DNA from: an uncultured delta proteobacterium
Lineage (GTDB): Bacteria > Myxococcota_A > Polyangia > Polyangiales > Polyangiaceae
NCBI GenBank assembly: GCA_963850305.1
Contig: CAWKKR010000008.1
Coordinates: forward strand, 1,728,001 to 1,792,000
Reading direction: 5' to 3'
Length of the DNA stretch: 64,000 nucleotides
Made by a program: the position numbers and the translations under genes. Below, in pieces: positions 40,578-53,553 of the stretch (positions within the stretch are counted from its first letter, which is position 1; each line of letters starts with the position of its first letter). The notes below the pieces were generated by a model. The model worked only from the letters and a program-made list of their open reading frames with translations. It did no database searches and had not been told where the DNA came from.

Positions 40578-42209
40578 CTACGACTTGCCGATGAGGTATT
40601 CCGAGTAGCACGCGCGGAGCTCGAGTTTCTTGAATTTGCCCGTCGAGGTTCGCGGGATCTGCTCGATGAAGAGGTAGTCGTCGGGGAGCCAGAACTTCGC
40701 GAAGTCGCCCTCGATATGCGCGCGGAGCTCGGCTTTCGTCGCGGTCTTGCCCGCCTTCAGGACGACCGCGGCCAGCGGTCGTTCGCCCCATTTTTCGTGG
40801 CGTGCGGCGAAGACGGCGGCCTCGAGCACGGAGGGGTGGCTCATGAGCGCATTCTCGAGAGCTTGCGTGCTGATCCACTCGCCGCCGCTCTTGATGACGT
40901 CCTTCGAGCGGTCGGTGATCTGCACGTATCCCTCGGTGTCGATGGTGACGACGTCTCCCGTTCGAAACCAGCCGTCCTTCGTGAACTTGTCGGCACCCTC
41001 GGGGCTGTCGAAATACGCCGAGGCCACCCAGGGTCCGCGGACCTCGAGCTCGCCCATCTGTTTGCCGTCCCAGGGGAGCACGCGGCCCGCGTCGTCGACG
41101 TGTCGCTGCTCGACGAAGGGCACCGCGTACCCCTGCTTCGCGCGGCGCGCGACCGTCTCCGGAGCATCGGGGTCCGCCGCTCGCTTCGCCCGCGAGATCG
41201 TGCCGACGGGGTTCATTTCCGTCATGCCCCAGCTATGGAGCATCTGGATTCCGTGACGCCGGGCATAACCTTCGAGCATCGCGGGCGGGGCCGCCGCGCC
41301 GCCGACGCCGATCATGCGGACGGACGACAAATCCCACCTCCCCGGATGCTCGTCGAGCAGCGCGAGCACGCCGAGCCACACCGTCGGCACCGCTTCCGCG
41401 AACGTGACGCGCTCCTTCGCCATCAAGTCGAGCACGGCACCCGGCGAAAGATCCGCGCCGGGGAGCACGAGCTTCGCGCCGACGCCGATCGCGACGTGCG
41501 CGAGGCCCCAGGCGTTCGCGTGGAACATCGGAACGACGGGCAGGATCGTGTCTCGCTCGCCGATACCCTTGGTGTCGGCCATGCACAGCATGAGCGAGTG
41601 CAGGGCCGTCGAGCGGTGCGAGTAGAGGACGCCCTTGGGCAGCCCCGTCGTGCCCGACGTGTAACACATGAGCGCGCCCGCGCGCTCGTCGAGCTCGGGC
41701 CAGTCGAACGTCGCGGGCTCCGCGGCGACGAGCGTCTCGTAGTCCAGATCGCCAGGCTCGCCGGGGCGCGCGCCGTCGTCGGACATGACGACGACATGCT
41801 TCAGGCTCGGTACCTCTCTTCGAAACTCCGTGAAGAGCGGCACGAGCGACGCGTCGACGATGATGACCTGATCCCCGGCGTGGCGCGCGATGTAACGGAG
41901 CTCGGTGGGGTGAAGCCTGAGATTCAACGTGTGCAGCACCGCGCCGATCCCGGGAACCGCGAAGTACGCTTCGAGGTGCCGGTGACTGTTCCAGCCGAGC
42001 GTCGCGACGCGATCTCCTGGCCGCACGCCGAGCCGGACGAGCGCGTTCGCGAGCCGGCACGTGCGGGCGTAGTACTCGGCGAAGCCGTACCGGCGGAGCG
42101 AGCCGTCGGCGACGCGACTCACGACTTCCTGCCGGGGAAAGAAGGTGTTCCCCCGCGTCAGGAAGTGCGTGAGGGTCAACGGGAAATCCATCATCAATCC
42201 AGGCAACAT
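40578..42209 (-). CDS. Medium/long-chain fatty acid-CoA ligase (AlkK/DmdB-like)
   Basis: MMDFPLTL, YTSGTTGLPKGV, WGMTE, RTGD and DRSKDVIKSGGEWIS. Confidence 0.92.
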   Translation of the reverse strand: MLPGLMMDFPLTLTHFLTRGNTFFPRQEVVSRVADGSLRRYGFAEYYARTCRLANALVRLGVRPGDRVATLGWNSHRHLEAYFAVPGIGAVLHTLNLRLHPTELRYIARHAGDQVIIVDASLVPLFTEFRREVPSLKHVVVMSDDGARPGEPGDLDYETLVAAEPATFDWPELDERAGALMCYTSGTTGLPKGVLYSHRSTALHSLMLCMADTKGIGERDTILPVVPMFHANAWGLAHVAIGVGAKLVLPGADLSPGAVLDLMAKERVTFAEAVPTVWLGVLALLDEHPGRWDLSSVRMIGVGGAAAPPAMLEGYARRHGIQMLHSWGMTEMNPVGTISRAKRAADPDAPETVARRAKQGYAVPFVEQRHVDDAGRVLPWDGKQMGELEVRGPWVASAYFDSPEGADKFTKDGWFRTGDVVTIDTEGYVQITDRSKDVIKSGGEWISTQALENALMSHPSVLEAAVFAARHEKWGERPLAAVVLKAGKTATKAELRAHIEGDFAKFWLPDDYLFIEQIPRTSTGKFKKLELRACYSEYLIGKS

Positions 42210-42441
42210 CGGATACCTCGGCCGGGGCGACGAAGCCGGAAACCGCCCCGGATGGTCGGGCATGATAGGCCCCTCCTTGCGACGAGAGGCTGTTTCGGTT
42301 ATTAGAAGGTGGAATCTCGGACGTTTCCGGCATCTTGCTCCGTTCGATTCGCGAATCGGGCAAGCAGGCGGATAGACGAGAACCCAGTAACGAAAGCAAA
42401 CATGTCGCCGTGGAGCGGACGCTCCCGGCGCAAAGTCCATA

Positions 42442-43704
42442 ATGTCATTCTCTCAATTGAATCTGATCGAGCCTCTCCGTCGAGCCATCGAAAAGGAAGG
42501 TTACGATCGCCCCACGCCCATCCAGGAACGGGCGATTCCCCACGTCCTCGCCGGGCGCGACCTGCTCGGTTGCGCGCAGACCGGGACGGGCAAGACGGCC
42601 GCCTTCTCTCTCCCTCTCCTGCAGAGGCTGGCGGAGCGTCGAGTCGATTCCCCGCGCGTTCGCGCGCTCGTGCTCAGCCCGACGCGCGAGCTCGCGGCGC
42701 AGATCGGTGAGCGCATCGAAGCGTACGGACAGAACCTCGGACTCAAGCACGTCGTGATTTACGGCGGCGTGAGTCAGTTCCACCAGGTGCGCGCGATGAA
42801 GCCCTGTCCGGCCATCGTCGTCGCGACTCCCGGGCGGCTGCTGGATCTGTGCTCGCAGAAGCTCGTGGACCTGTCGCACGTCGAGATCCTCGTTCTCGAC
42901 GAGGCGGATCGCATGCTCGACATGGGGTTCATCCACGACGTGCGGCGCATCGTCGGCATGACGCCCAGGACGCGGCAGACGCTGTTCTTCTCGGCGACGA
43001 TGCCGCAGGAGATCGCGTCGCTCGCGAAGAGCATTCTGAAAGAGCCGATGCGGATCGAAGTCACGCCGTCGGCGAGGACGGCGGAGACCGTGAAACAGGC
43101 CGCCTATCTGGTCGCGAAGCACCACAAGCGAAAGCTGCTCGAGCACTTGCTCGGCGACCCTTCGGTCGAACGAGCCCTCGTCTTCACGCGGACGAAGCAC
43201 GGAGCGAGCCGCATCGCGGGTCAGCTCGAGCGCGCGCGGATCAGCGCGGGCGCGATCCACGGCGACAAGTCCCAGGGCGCTCGTGAGCGCGCGCTTGCGG
43301 CGTTCCGCGACGGGAGCATGCGCGTGCTCGTCGCCACGGACATCGCCGCGCGTGGAATCGACGTCGACGGAGTGTCGCACGTCGTCAATTTCGATCTGCC
43401 GGCCGCGGCCGAGAGCTACGTGCACCGCATCGGACGCACGGGGCGAGCGGGGGCCGCCGGGATCGCGCTGTCGTTCTGCGACGAGGAGGAACGCCCGCTC
43501 CTCGCGAGCATCGAGCGCCTCATCGGTGCGTCGATCCCGATCACTGCACCGCCGATCGCGCTGGCCACCGAGCCACGCGAAGCCCCCGCCCCACGAGAGC
43601 CCGGCGCCGCGCCGCGGCAATCGAACGATCGACGCCCGGCACGACCACCGAACCGCGGCAATTCGCCGCGAGCGCGTCAAGGACGTGCGCGCGCCTTCGG
43701 GTAG
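42442..43704 (+). CDS. rhlE: DEAD-box RNA helicase (RhlE-like)
   Basis: [26 protein letters not shown] and [10 protein letters not shown]. Confidence 0.92.
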   Translation: MSFSQLNLIEPLRRAIEKEGYDRPTPIQERAIPHVLAGRDLLGCAQTGTGKTAAFSLPLLQRLAERRVDSPRVRALVLSPTRELAAQIGERIEAYGQNLGLKHVVIYGGVSQFHQVRAMKPCPAIVVATPGRLLDLCSQKLVDLSHVEILVLDEADRMLDMGFIHDVRRIVGMTPRTRQTLFFSATMPQEIASLAKSILKEPMRIEVTPSARTAETVKQAAYLVAKHHKRKLLEHLLGDPSVERALVFTRTKHGASRIAGQLERARISAGAIHGDKSQGARERALAAFRDGSMRVLVATDIAARGIDVDGVSHVVNFDLPAAAESYVHRIGRTGRAGAAGIALSFCDEEERPLLASIERLIGASIPITAPPIALATEPREAPAPREPGAAPRQSNDRRPARPPNRGNSPRARQGRARAFG

Positions 43705-43787
43705 ACTTCGCTAAGAGCGAGCGCGGGCGACCCGCGACAGCGGCGAGTGACCGGGCACCTGGTCGGATCCAGTGCTACCGTTCATGA

Positions 43788-44555
43788 ATGAACCGTAGTC
43801 GGCTCGTGGCGGTTCTGGAGCTGGCGGGGCCCATCGCATCAGCGGTGACGGCGCTGGCTCCCGACCTCGGCACGACGGCGTACGAGCTCCGGCTCGCCCT
43901 CGGGCCAGGGTTTCCGGCCGTGGTTCTGGCGACCCCGGACCCGGCGCGCGCCGCCACCGCGCTCGCCGCGATTCGAGGGCGCGGCCATCGCGCAACCGAG
44001 ATCGAGTTCTCGGACGTCGTTCCGTCGTCTCGCATGATCCCGCTCCGGGATTTTCGGTTCGAGCCCACGGACCTCGTCGCGAACGCGGGCGAGGACGACC
44101 GGGTGCCCTATGCCGACCTCTCGGCGATCCTCCGGGCGTCGCATCGCGCGGACGTCGTGACGACTCACGAGGTGAAGGAACGCAAGCTCGCGCTGGGCAA
44201 GGCCATCGCGACAGGCGGCCTCGTGATGACGAAGACGACCACGCGCGAGATCACGTCGAAGACCGAGAATCGCGAGCAGGTTCTGTATCTGTTCCGCGCC
44301 AGCGGCGCGACGCCCCTCATCCTTCGCGAGATGAGCGCGCACTATGCCGGCCTTGGCGCGGATCTGGGCCGGACCGCGCTCGAGAATTTCGGCAAGACCA
44401 TCCAGCGACTCCGTGCGCTCGCGCCGCACGCTGCCTACGACGAGCGGCTACTGGTGCCGCGCTCGATCCATGGCGTCGCCGACGGTGTCGAAGCGACGGA
44501 TCTCGTCGCTCACCTGTTGGCGGCGGATCTGGCTCGTGATATGAAGCGGGCGTGA
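43788..44555 (+). CDS. Hypothetical protein
   Basis: 255-aa ORF with coding-like composition filling the gap between rhlE and argD. Confidence 0.75.
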   Translation: MNRSRLVAVLELAGPIASAVTALAPDLGTTAYELRLALGPGFPAVVLATPDPARAATALAAIRGRGHRATEIEFSDVVPSSRMIPLRDFRFEPTDLVANAGEDDRVPYADLSAILRASHRADVVTTHEVKERKLALGKAIATGGLVMTKTTTREITSKTENREQVLYLFRASGATPLILREMSAHYAGLGADLGRTALENFGKTIQRLRALAPHAAYDERLLVPRSIHGVADGVEATDLVAHLLAADLARDMKRA

Positions 44556-44724
44556 TGTTCACGCTGCCCTGTCCGTCGCTCCGGCTCCGACGCCGATGCG
44601 CGCGATTTCCGGGCGGCGGCATGATGCCACTCGAGTAACGGGAAACCGTCTCGCAGCCGTCCAAGAGTCCGGGCGGCGTGCACGTCAGTTCACCTCGCCC
44701 GTTTCACGCGAAGGAGAACGAACG

Positions 44725-45879
44725 ATGCATGTCAGAACCGAAACTCATTTGATGAACCTCGTCCCCCGCCCAGATGCCGTCATGGTGCGCGGTGCGGGCT
44801 CGTACATCTGGGACGACACGGGCCGTCGCTATCTCGACTTCGTGCAAGGATGGGCGGTAAATACGCTGGGTCACGCGCCGAAGGAGATTGTCGCGGCGCT
44901 CGCCAGTCAGGCCGCGACGTTGCTGACAGCAAGTCCGGCGTATCACAACGCCCGCGAGCTCGAGCTCGCGAACCGCCTCGCCCGGCTCTCGCGCCTCGAC
45001 CGGGTATTTTTTGTAACTCCGGCGCTGAAGCGAACGAGGGTGCCATCAAGCTCGCGCGGAAGTGGGGCAAGGTACACAGAGCCGGCGCATTCGAAATCGT
45101 CACGACCGTGAACGGCTTTCACGGCCGGACACTCGCCACGATGGCGGCGAGCGGCAAGCCGGGCTGGGACACGATGTTCCCGCCGAAGATGGACGGCTTC
45201 GTCAAGGTACCGTTCGGCGACGCGAGCGCCGTCGAGGCGGCGATTCGTGCGGAAACCGTTGCGGTGCTCGTGGAGCCGATCCAGGGGGAGGGCGGGGTGG
45301 TGGTTCCGCGCAACGGCTATCTGCGGGAGCTGCGCGACCTCGCCGACGCGCGCGGGATCCTGCTCATGGTGGACGAGATCCAGACCGGCGTGGCGCGCAC
45401 CGGGCGACTCTTCGCGCACGAACACGACGGCATCGTGCCCGACGTGATGACGCTCGGGAAAGGGCTCGGCGGAGGGGTGCCGCTCGCTGCGCTCCTGGCC
45501 GCGGAACGCGCGGCGTGCTTCGAACGCGGCGAACAGGGCGGCACGTTCAGCGGGAGTTCGGGCATGACCGCGGTCGGCTGCGCCGTGCTCGAAGCCGTGA
45601 CAGCCCCCGAATTCCTCGATGAAGTCGTGGAGCGCGGTGCAGCGCTGCGCGACGGACTCTCGCGACTTCCGGGCGTCGTCGAAGTGCGCGGCCGCGGTCT
45701 ACTCGCGGCGGCGAAGCTCGACGAGCCCCGCGCGGAAATGGCGCGCGATGCGGCGTTCGAAATCGGACTCCTCGTCAATGCCGTTCGCCCGGACACGCTC
45801 CGGTTCATGCCGGCGCTCACCGTCACGAACGACGAGGTCCAAGAAATGCTCGGAGCTCCTCGCGCGTGCGCTTGGCTGA
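44725..45879 (+). CDS. argD: Acetylornithine aminotransferase, frameshifts near 45010 and 45853
   Basis: [59 protein letters not shown] and TLGKGLGGG. Confidence 0.9.
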
Positions 45880-45932
45880 CGTTCACGCTCCGGCGGCGAC
45901 GTGGCGCGCGTCTGGCAAAGCGGATATCGGTG

Positions 45933-49032
<3,100 letters not shown>

Positions 49033-49183
49033 GAAACGTTGACGCCCTTCGCTCGGAGTCGGGTCGTTCCGCGAAGCTACGGAGTCCCTGCGCCGGAGGC
49101 AGGGGAAACTAGTGCGTCACGCGCAAACCGGCCAGCGATGAACCAAGAAGAGTCGAGCTGCGCAGATGTCCAGCAGTCCGAGG

Positions 49184-49645
49184 TCACCCGGCGCTCTTGA
49201 TCGAAGCGAGCACCTTCCGGACGGCGTCGAGGTGCTTCTTGGCTGAAAGCTCGTGGTGGAAGACCCCGCGAATCTTCTTTTGTTTGTCGATGACGTACGT
49301 GACGCGCCTCGTCCCGAGGCCCAACAACTGCCGGGCCTCGTACATCTTCTGGATGCGCTTGTCGGGGTCGGAGAGCAGTGGGAACGGGACCTTGTGCTTT
49401 GCTGCGAATTTCTCGTGAGTAGCCGTGGCGTCGCCGCTTACGCCGACGACGCGAACGCCCTCGGCCGCGAGCTCCGCTTCGCTGTCGCGGAACAGACAGA
49501 CCTGCGCGGTGCACACCGGCGTGAAGTCTCGCGGGTAGAAGTACAGCACCAACCCCGAGTCCTGGACGAGCGCATCCAGCGTCAGACGCTTGCCGTGCTG
49601 GTCGATGCCGTCGAAGTCGGGCGCTGTGTCGCCGATGGAAAGCAC
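49184..49645 (-). CDS. bcp: Peroxiredoxin BCP/PrxQ
   Basis: GDTAPDF, LYFYPRDFTPVCTAQVC, FPLLSD and RVTYVID. Confidence 0.9.
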   Translation of the reverse strand: MLSIGDTAPDFDGIDQHGKRLTLDALVQDSGLVLYFYPRDFTPVCTAQVCLFRDSEAELAAEGVRVVGVSGDATATHEKFAAKHKVPFPLLSDPDKRIQKMYEARQLLGLGTRRVTYVIDKQKKIRGVFHHELSAKKHLDAVRKVLASIKSAG

Positions 49646-49826
49646 GCCCAGCGCATGCCGCCTTCGGCTCCGGACGTCAAGCTCGTCGCACACTCACCTA
49701 CGCGCGTAGTCCCCCGACGTACGGCACGACTCCTGCTGATGATCATTCTGCGCGCCGCGAATTGCGCGCGTTTTCGAATAAACTGGATGGCCACGTGAAG
49801 TGCCGTTCACGACAGGAGTGTGAACC

Positions 49827-50627
49827 ATGACGACCCGCATCTTCTCCTTCATTCCGGTCCTTTTCGTGTCTTTCGTCGGCTGCCAACCGCAGGGTTTGAC
49901 CGCCGAGCAGGCGTTGGAGGCCAAGGACGAGATGCAGATCGGAACCGAATCCGAGGCGCTGACGTCCAAGTCCATGGAGATCACCACGAACTTCACGATC
50001 GGCGACGCGGTCGATCAGGCCGCGGAAGAACTGCACACCTTCATGCAATCGCAGTGGCCGTGCGCGGACGTCGTTGTGCAGAGCCACACTCTAACCATCA
50101 CCTACGGTGCGCACGGGAGCTGCCCCTATAATTCGTATCAAAGCATCACCGGAACTCACGAAATCACGATCTCCAAGAACGACAGGACCGACGTCGAGGT
50201 CGACCACGTATGGACGAATCTTTCGAATGGCGATGTGGAAGTCAGCGGTACCGCCCACGTGACGTGGAACCTCGCCGACCCGAGCCGACACGCGCAGCAC
50301 GACCTCACGTGGACGCGACTCAGCGACCACCGCACGGGCGAGGGCACGGGAGACGTCGTGCAGACGCCGCTCGATGGTGATCTGACGGTCGGGTTCGCGG
50401 AGGACGGGCACCGCTCCTGGACGGGTCAATCGGGCGAGTGGGATCTGGACATCGCCGGACTGCAGATGCGATGGGTGGACCCTGTGCCCCAGGCGGGCTC
50501 GCTGACTCTCCAGACGCCGTTCGCCAAGACGGTCGATCTCTCCTTCTCCCGCGTCAGCGACAAGACGATTCAGGTGATCCTGAAGGGACCTCGTGCGTCC
50601 TTCGACTTCGACGTATCGCAGCCCTGA
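49827..50627 (+). CDS. Hypothetical lipoprotein
   Basis: AGGAG RBS, lipobox-like FVGC and a beta-rich body. Confidence 0.8.
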   Translation: MTTRIFSFIPVLFVSFVGCQPQGLTAEQALEAKDEMQIGTESEALTSKSMEITTNFTIGDAVDQAAEELHTFMQSQWPCADVVVQSHTLTITYGAHGSCPYNSYQSITGTHEITISKNDRTDVEVDHVWTNLSNGDVEVSGTAHVTWNLADPSRHAQHDLTWTRLSDHRTGEGTGDVVQTPLDGDLTVGFAEDGHRSWTGQSGEWDLDIAGLQMRWVDPVPQAGSLTLQTPFAKTVDLSFSRVSDKTIQVILKGPRASFDFDVSQP

Positions 50628-50652
50628 AGGCCGCGGAAATCGACGGCTGAGG

Positions 50653-50684
50653 TTGACAGTTAATACTGATACGGTTAATAGTGT
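50653..50684 (+). promoter_or_regulatory. Sigma70-like promoter with GTTAATA direct repeats
   Basis: TTGACA at 50653, 17-bp spacer, TAATAG at 50676. GTTAATA occurs at 50659 and 50674 in an AT-rich island. Confidence 0.55.
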
Positions 50685-50732
50685 CCCTGTGATGACTGGC
50701 GCATCGTGCTGGTCACGAGTCAGGTGGATACC

Positions 50733-51092
50733 ATGAAAGTCAATAATTTCAGTGAGTTTTGGCCAGAATACCTCCGCGCCCACGCCGACCGAGCGTCACG
50801 AGCGGCGCATTTGACGGGAGTCGCGTTGAGCCTCGCGACAGCGGCCGCGCTGATTTCCTGCGGAATGGTCTTTTTCCTCGTGCTCGCCATCGTCCCGGCG
50901 CAGCTCGGCGCGTGGGTGGGGCACAAGCTGAGCCCGAGGCACGAACGCATCTCCGAGCAGCACCCCGATTGGGCGGCGCTGGCCGACGCCAAGATGTTCG
51001 GGCTGTTCGTCACGGGCAACCTCGGGTCCGAGCTGGCGCGACACGGGGCGCTCTCGCCCGACACGTCACGCCCCCGATGGTCGGCCGTCTGA
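50733..51092 (+). CDS. DUF962/Mpo1-like membrane protein
   Basis: FSEFWPEYLRAH...RAAHLTG...AWVGH. Confidence 0.75.
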   Translation: MKVNNFSEFWPEYLRAHADRASRAAHLTGVALSLATAAALISCGMVFFLVLAIVPAQLGAWVGHKLSPRHERISEQHPDWAALADAKMFGLFVTGNLGSELARHGALSPDTSRPRWSAV

Positions 51093-51606
51093 CTGTGGAG
51101 TGAGGAGCAGGACTAGATCCATTCGGCCCAGCAGGGCCTGTGGCGGAGTCTTCACGTACGCGCGGCGGCACGCGAAGCTCGAGAGTCCTGGGGTCGAGTC
51201 GGCAACTGCCACTCGCCGCGACCGTCCGCGAGCAGAGAAGTGTCCCTGGCGGTGGACGGTTCTGCTCCGGCAGCCCCTGACGTTGTCGCGCTGACGCCTG
51301 CTTCGTCGAAGGCATCTCGACGACACCGAGATGAGCTCGACCCCGGCTTCCTGGCGGGACACTCATCCCGGAAACAGGTAAAAACTGGTCAGACCTATTG
51401 TCGGGGAGCCAGGAACGATTGCGCCCGCGTCGATCTCTGGGACGAGTCGAGATTTGGCACATATCCGCGACGTTTGCGGGCGGCCGGCTGGGATCCTCGT
51501 CGTCACCGGCAGCTTTCGCGCCAGCGTTCCGAGGTGCCTGGTCGTTACGACCAGTGGGACGGTTTGACTCTGCTTTCGAGTGTGCCTTTCTATATGCTGA
51601 ACGGCC

Positions 51607-52605
51607 ATGGCGCGATCGACCATCCTCGGAGTGGGCAGCTACGCCCCGAGCCGAGTCGTTACGAACGACGACCTGGCGAAGCTCATGACGACGAGCGACG
51701 AATGGATCTTCCAGCGAAGCGGGATCAAAGAGCGTCGCTTTATCGAACATTCTGGGATAGGCGCCGCGGACCTTGCCGTTCCCGCGTGCCGGGCTGCCCT
51801 CCAACACGCCAAACTCACGACGCGGGACATCGACGCCATCGTGTTCGCGACCCTCAGTCCCGATTTCACGTTTCCCGGATCCGGATGCTTGCTGAATGAC
51901 AAGCTCGGCATGAACGGAAAGCCCGCGCTGGACGTTCGCAATCAGTGCAGCGGGTTCATCTACGGCCTCGCAGTCGCCGACGGCTGGATCCAGTCCGGCC
52001 TCTTCAAGCACATCCTCGTCATCGGAGCTGAAGTCCACTCGACGGCTCTCGAATTCAACGATCGTGGTCGCGACGTCGCGGTGCTGTTCGGAGACGGCGC
52101 GGGAGCGGTCGTCATGGGCGCCGCCAAGGACGACGCGCACGGAATCCAGAGCATGTGCCTTCACTCGGACGGGATTGGGGTCAAGGAACTCTGGTGCGAA
52201 GCGCCGGCGTCCCTATACGACCCTCGCATCACGCACGCCATGTTGGACGAGGGCCGACACTATCCGAAGATGATCGGTAAACAAGTTTTTCGTTGGGCTA
52301 TCGAGAAGATGCCGGAGGTGGCGATCGAGGCCGTGCGGAAGGCGGGCCTGACGATGCAAGACATCGACCTGTTCATCCCGCATCAGGCGAACATGCGCAT
52401 CAACCAGATGGTCGCCGCGCGGCTCGAGCTCCCCGACGAGAAGGTCGTGCACAACATCGAGAAATTCGGGAACACGACGGCCGCGACGATTCCCATGGCA
52501 CTCGACAAGGCGTACAAGGAAGGGCGTGTGAAGCCCGGGTCGCGGCTCCTGTTCGCCGCGTTTGGCGCGGGTTACACGTGGGCGGGCGCCGTACTTCGGA
52601 TCTGA
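51607..52605 (+). CDS. fabH: Beta-ketoacyl-ACP synthase III
   Basis: TSDEWI, NQCSGF, LFGDGAGA, HQAN, GNTTAA and FGAG. Confidence 0.93.
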   Translation: MARSTILGVGSYAPSRVVTNDDLAKLMTTSDEWIFQRSGIKERRFIEHSGIGAADLAVPACRAALQHAKLTTRDIDAIVFATLSPDFTFPGSGCLLNDKLGMNGKPALDVRNQCSGFIYGLAVADGWIQSGLFKHILVIGAEVHSTALEFNDRGRDVAVLFGDGAGAVVMGAAKDDAHGIQSMCLHSDGIGVKELWCEAPASLYDPRITHAMLDEGRHYPKMIGKQVFRWAIEKMPEVAIEAVRKAGLTMQDIDLFIPHQANMRINQMVAARLELPDEKVVHNIEKFGNTTAATIPMALDKAYKEGRVKPGSRLLFAAFGAGYTWAGAVLRI

Positions 52606-52679
52606 TCCCGCGGCGCCCCGGTCCGTCATCGCGTCGTCGGTGAGCTTGCTGTTTCAGCGGCGAGCCGCACCTCGGCGAC

Positions 52680-52720
52680 TTGACATGAATATAAATTCAC
52701 CCTAGTGAATCCGCATTCAT
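52680..52720 (+). promoter_or_regulatory. Promoter with two tandem TGAAT-N4-ATTCA palindromes (candidate TetR operators)
   Basis: TTGACA at 52680; TGAATataaATTCA at 52686-52699 and TGAATccgcATTCA at 52706-52719, the latter overlapping the ATG. Confidence 0.75.
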
Positions 52721-53459
52721 GAGCACGTCAGGCCGCACCCTCGCCAGAATGGAGGTTGCCAAACCGTCCAGAGTACGCGCCGTTCCCGCCGACGGTTGCG
52801 CGCGCGGGAGCGGCGCGCATGGAAAGGGCGGAGAACGCCGACGCCCCCTCCGTGATTCGGCTCGCGAACATGCCCGTGGAGCTTACCGGTTCGCGATACT
52901 CGCGGCAGCCGAGCGCGTGTTTGTGCGCGGCGGCTTCTACGAGACGCGTATGGCCGACATCGCCCGTGAAGCGGGGGTGGGGGTGGGTACGCTCTACAAC
53001 TACTTCGAGAGCAAGGAAGTCATCTTCGGGAACTTGCTCGAACTGCGACATCGGGAGTTTCGGTCGATGGTCAAGGCTGCGGCGACCGCGGAGGATCCCG
53101 TGGAGCGGCTCGGCCAGATCGTTCGCAGTGTCCTCTCGTCGGTGGACGAAAAGGGAGAGTTTCTCGCCGTCTTCATGGAACGAGGCATCATCGGCGACTA
53201 CGACGTGGAGCGCCTTGTCGGAGCTAGTCACGCCCGCGCGCACGAAGAGTTTCTCGACCTCGTCGAACGTATTCTGCGCGAGGCCGTGCGTCGGAAGAAA
53301 GTTCGGGCCGATGTCGGAGTGTCCCCCCTTGCGACGGCCCTGTCCGGCGCGATCAACGGCGCAATTTACGCCTGGCTCAAGAAGGGGCGGCGCGCGCGTC
53401 TGGCTTCGGCCGCAGACGACCTCATCGGTATTTTTCTCGAGGGAGCGCGGTGCAGATGA
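52719..53459 (+). CDS. TetR/AcrR family regulator
   Basis: ILAAAERVF...TRMADIAREAGVGVGTLYNYFESKE. Confidence 0.92.
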   Translation: MSTSGRTLARMEVAKPSRVRAVPADGCARGSGAHGKGGERRRPLRDSAREHARGAYRFAILAAAERVFVRGGFYETRMADIAREAGVGVGTLYNYFESKEVIFGNLLELRHREFRSMVKAAATAEDPVERLGQIVRSVLSSVDEKGEFLAVFMERGIIGDYDVERLVGASHARAHEEFLDLVERILREAVRRKKVRADVGVSPLATALSGAINGAIYAWLKKGRRARLASAADDLIGIFLEGARCR

Positions 53460-53553
53460 AAGCGCGGATTCGCGCGGACGCTCTTCGGAGTGCGCGGCGG
53501 CGCGGACGCGCGGCAGTGCGCCTCAATTCGTGAATCGAGGAAACGTGAAGGAA

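Noticed and set aside
51093..51606. tmRNA, RNase P, SRP or cobalamin riboswitch
   Set aside because: No tRNA-like ends, no GAGGAAAGTCC and no SRP loop; only isolated short cobalamin-like words.
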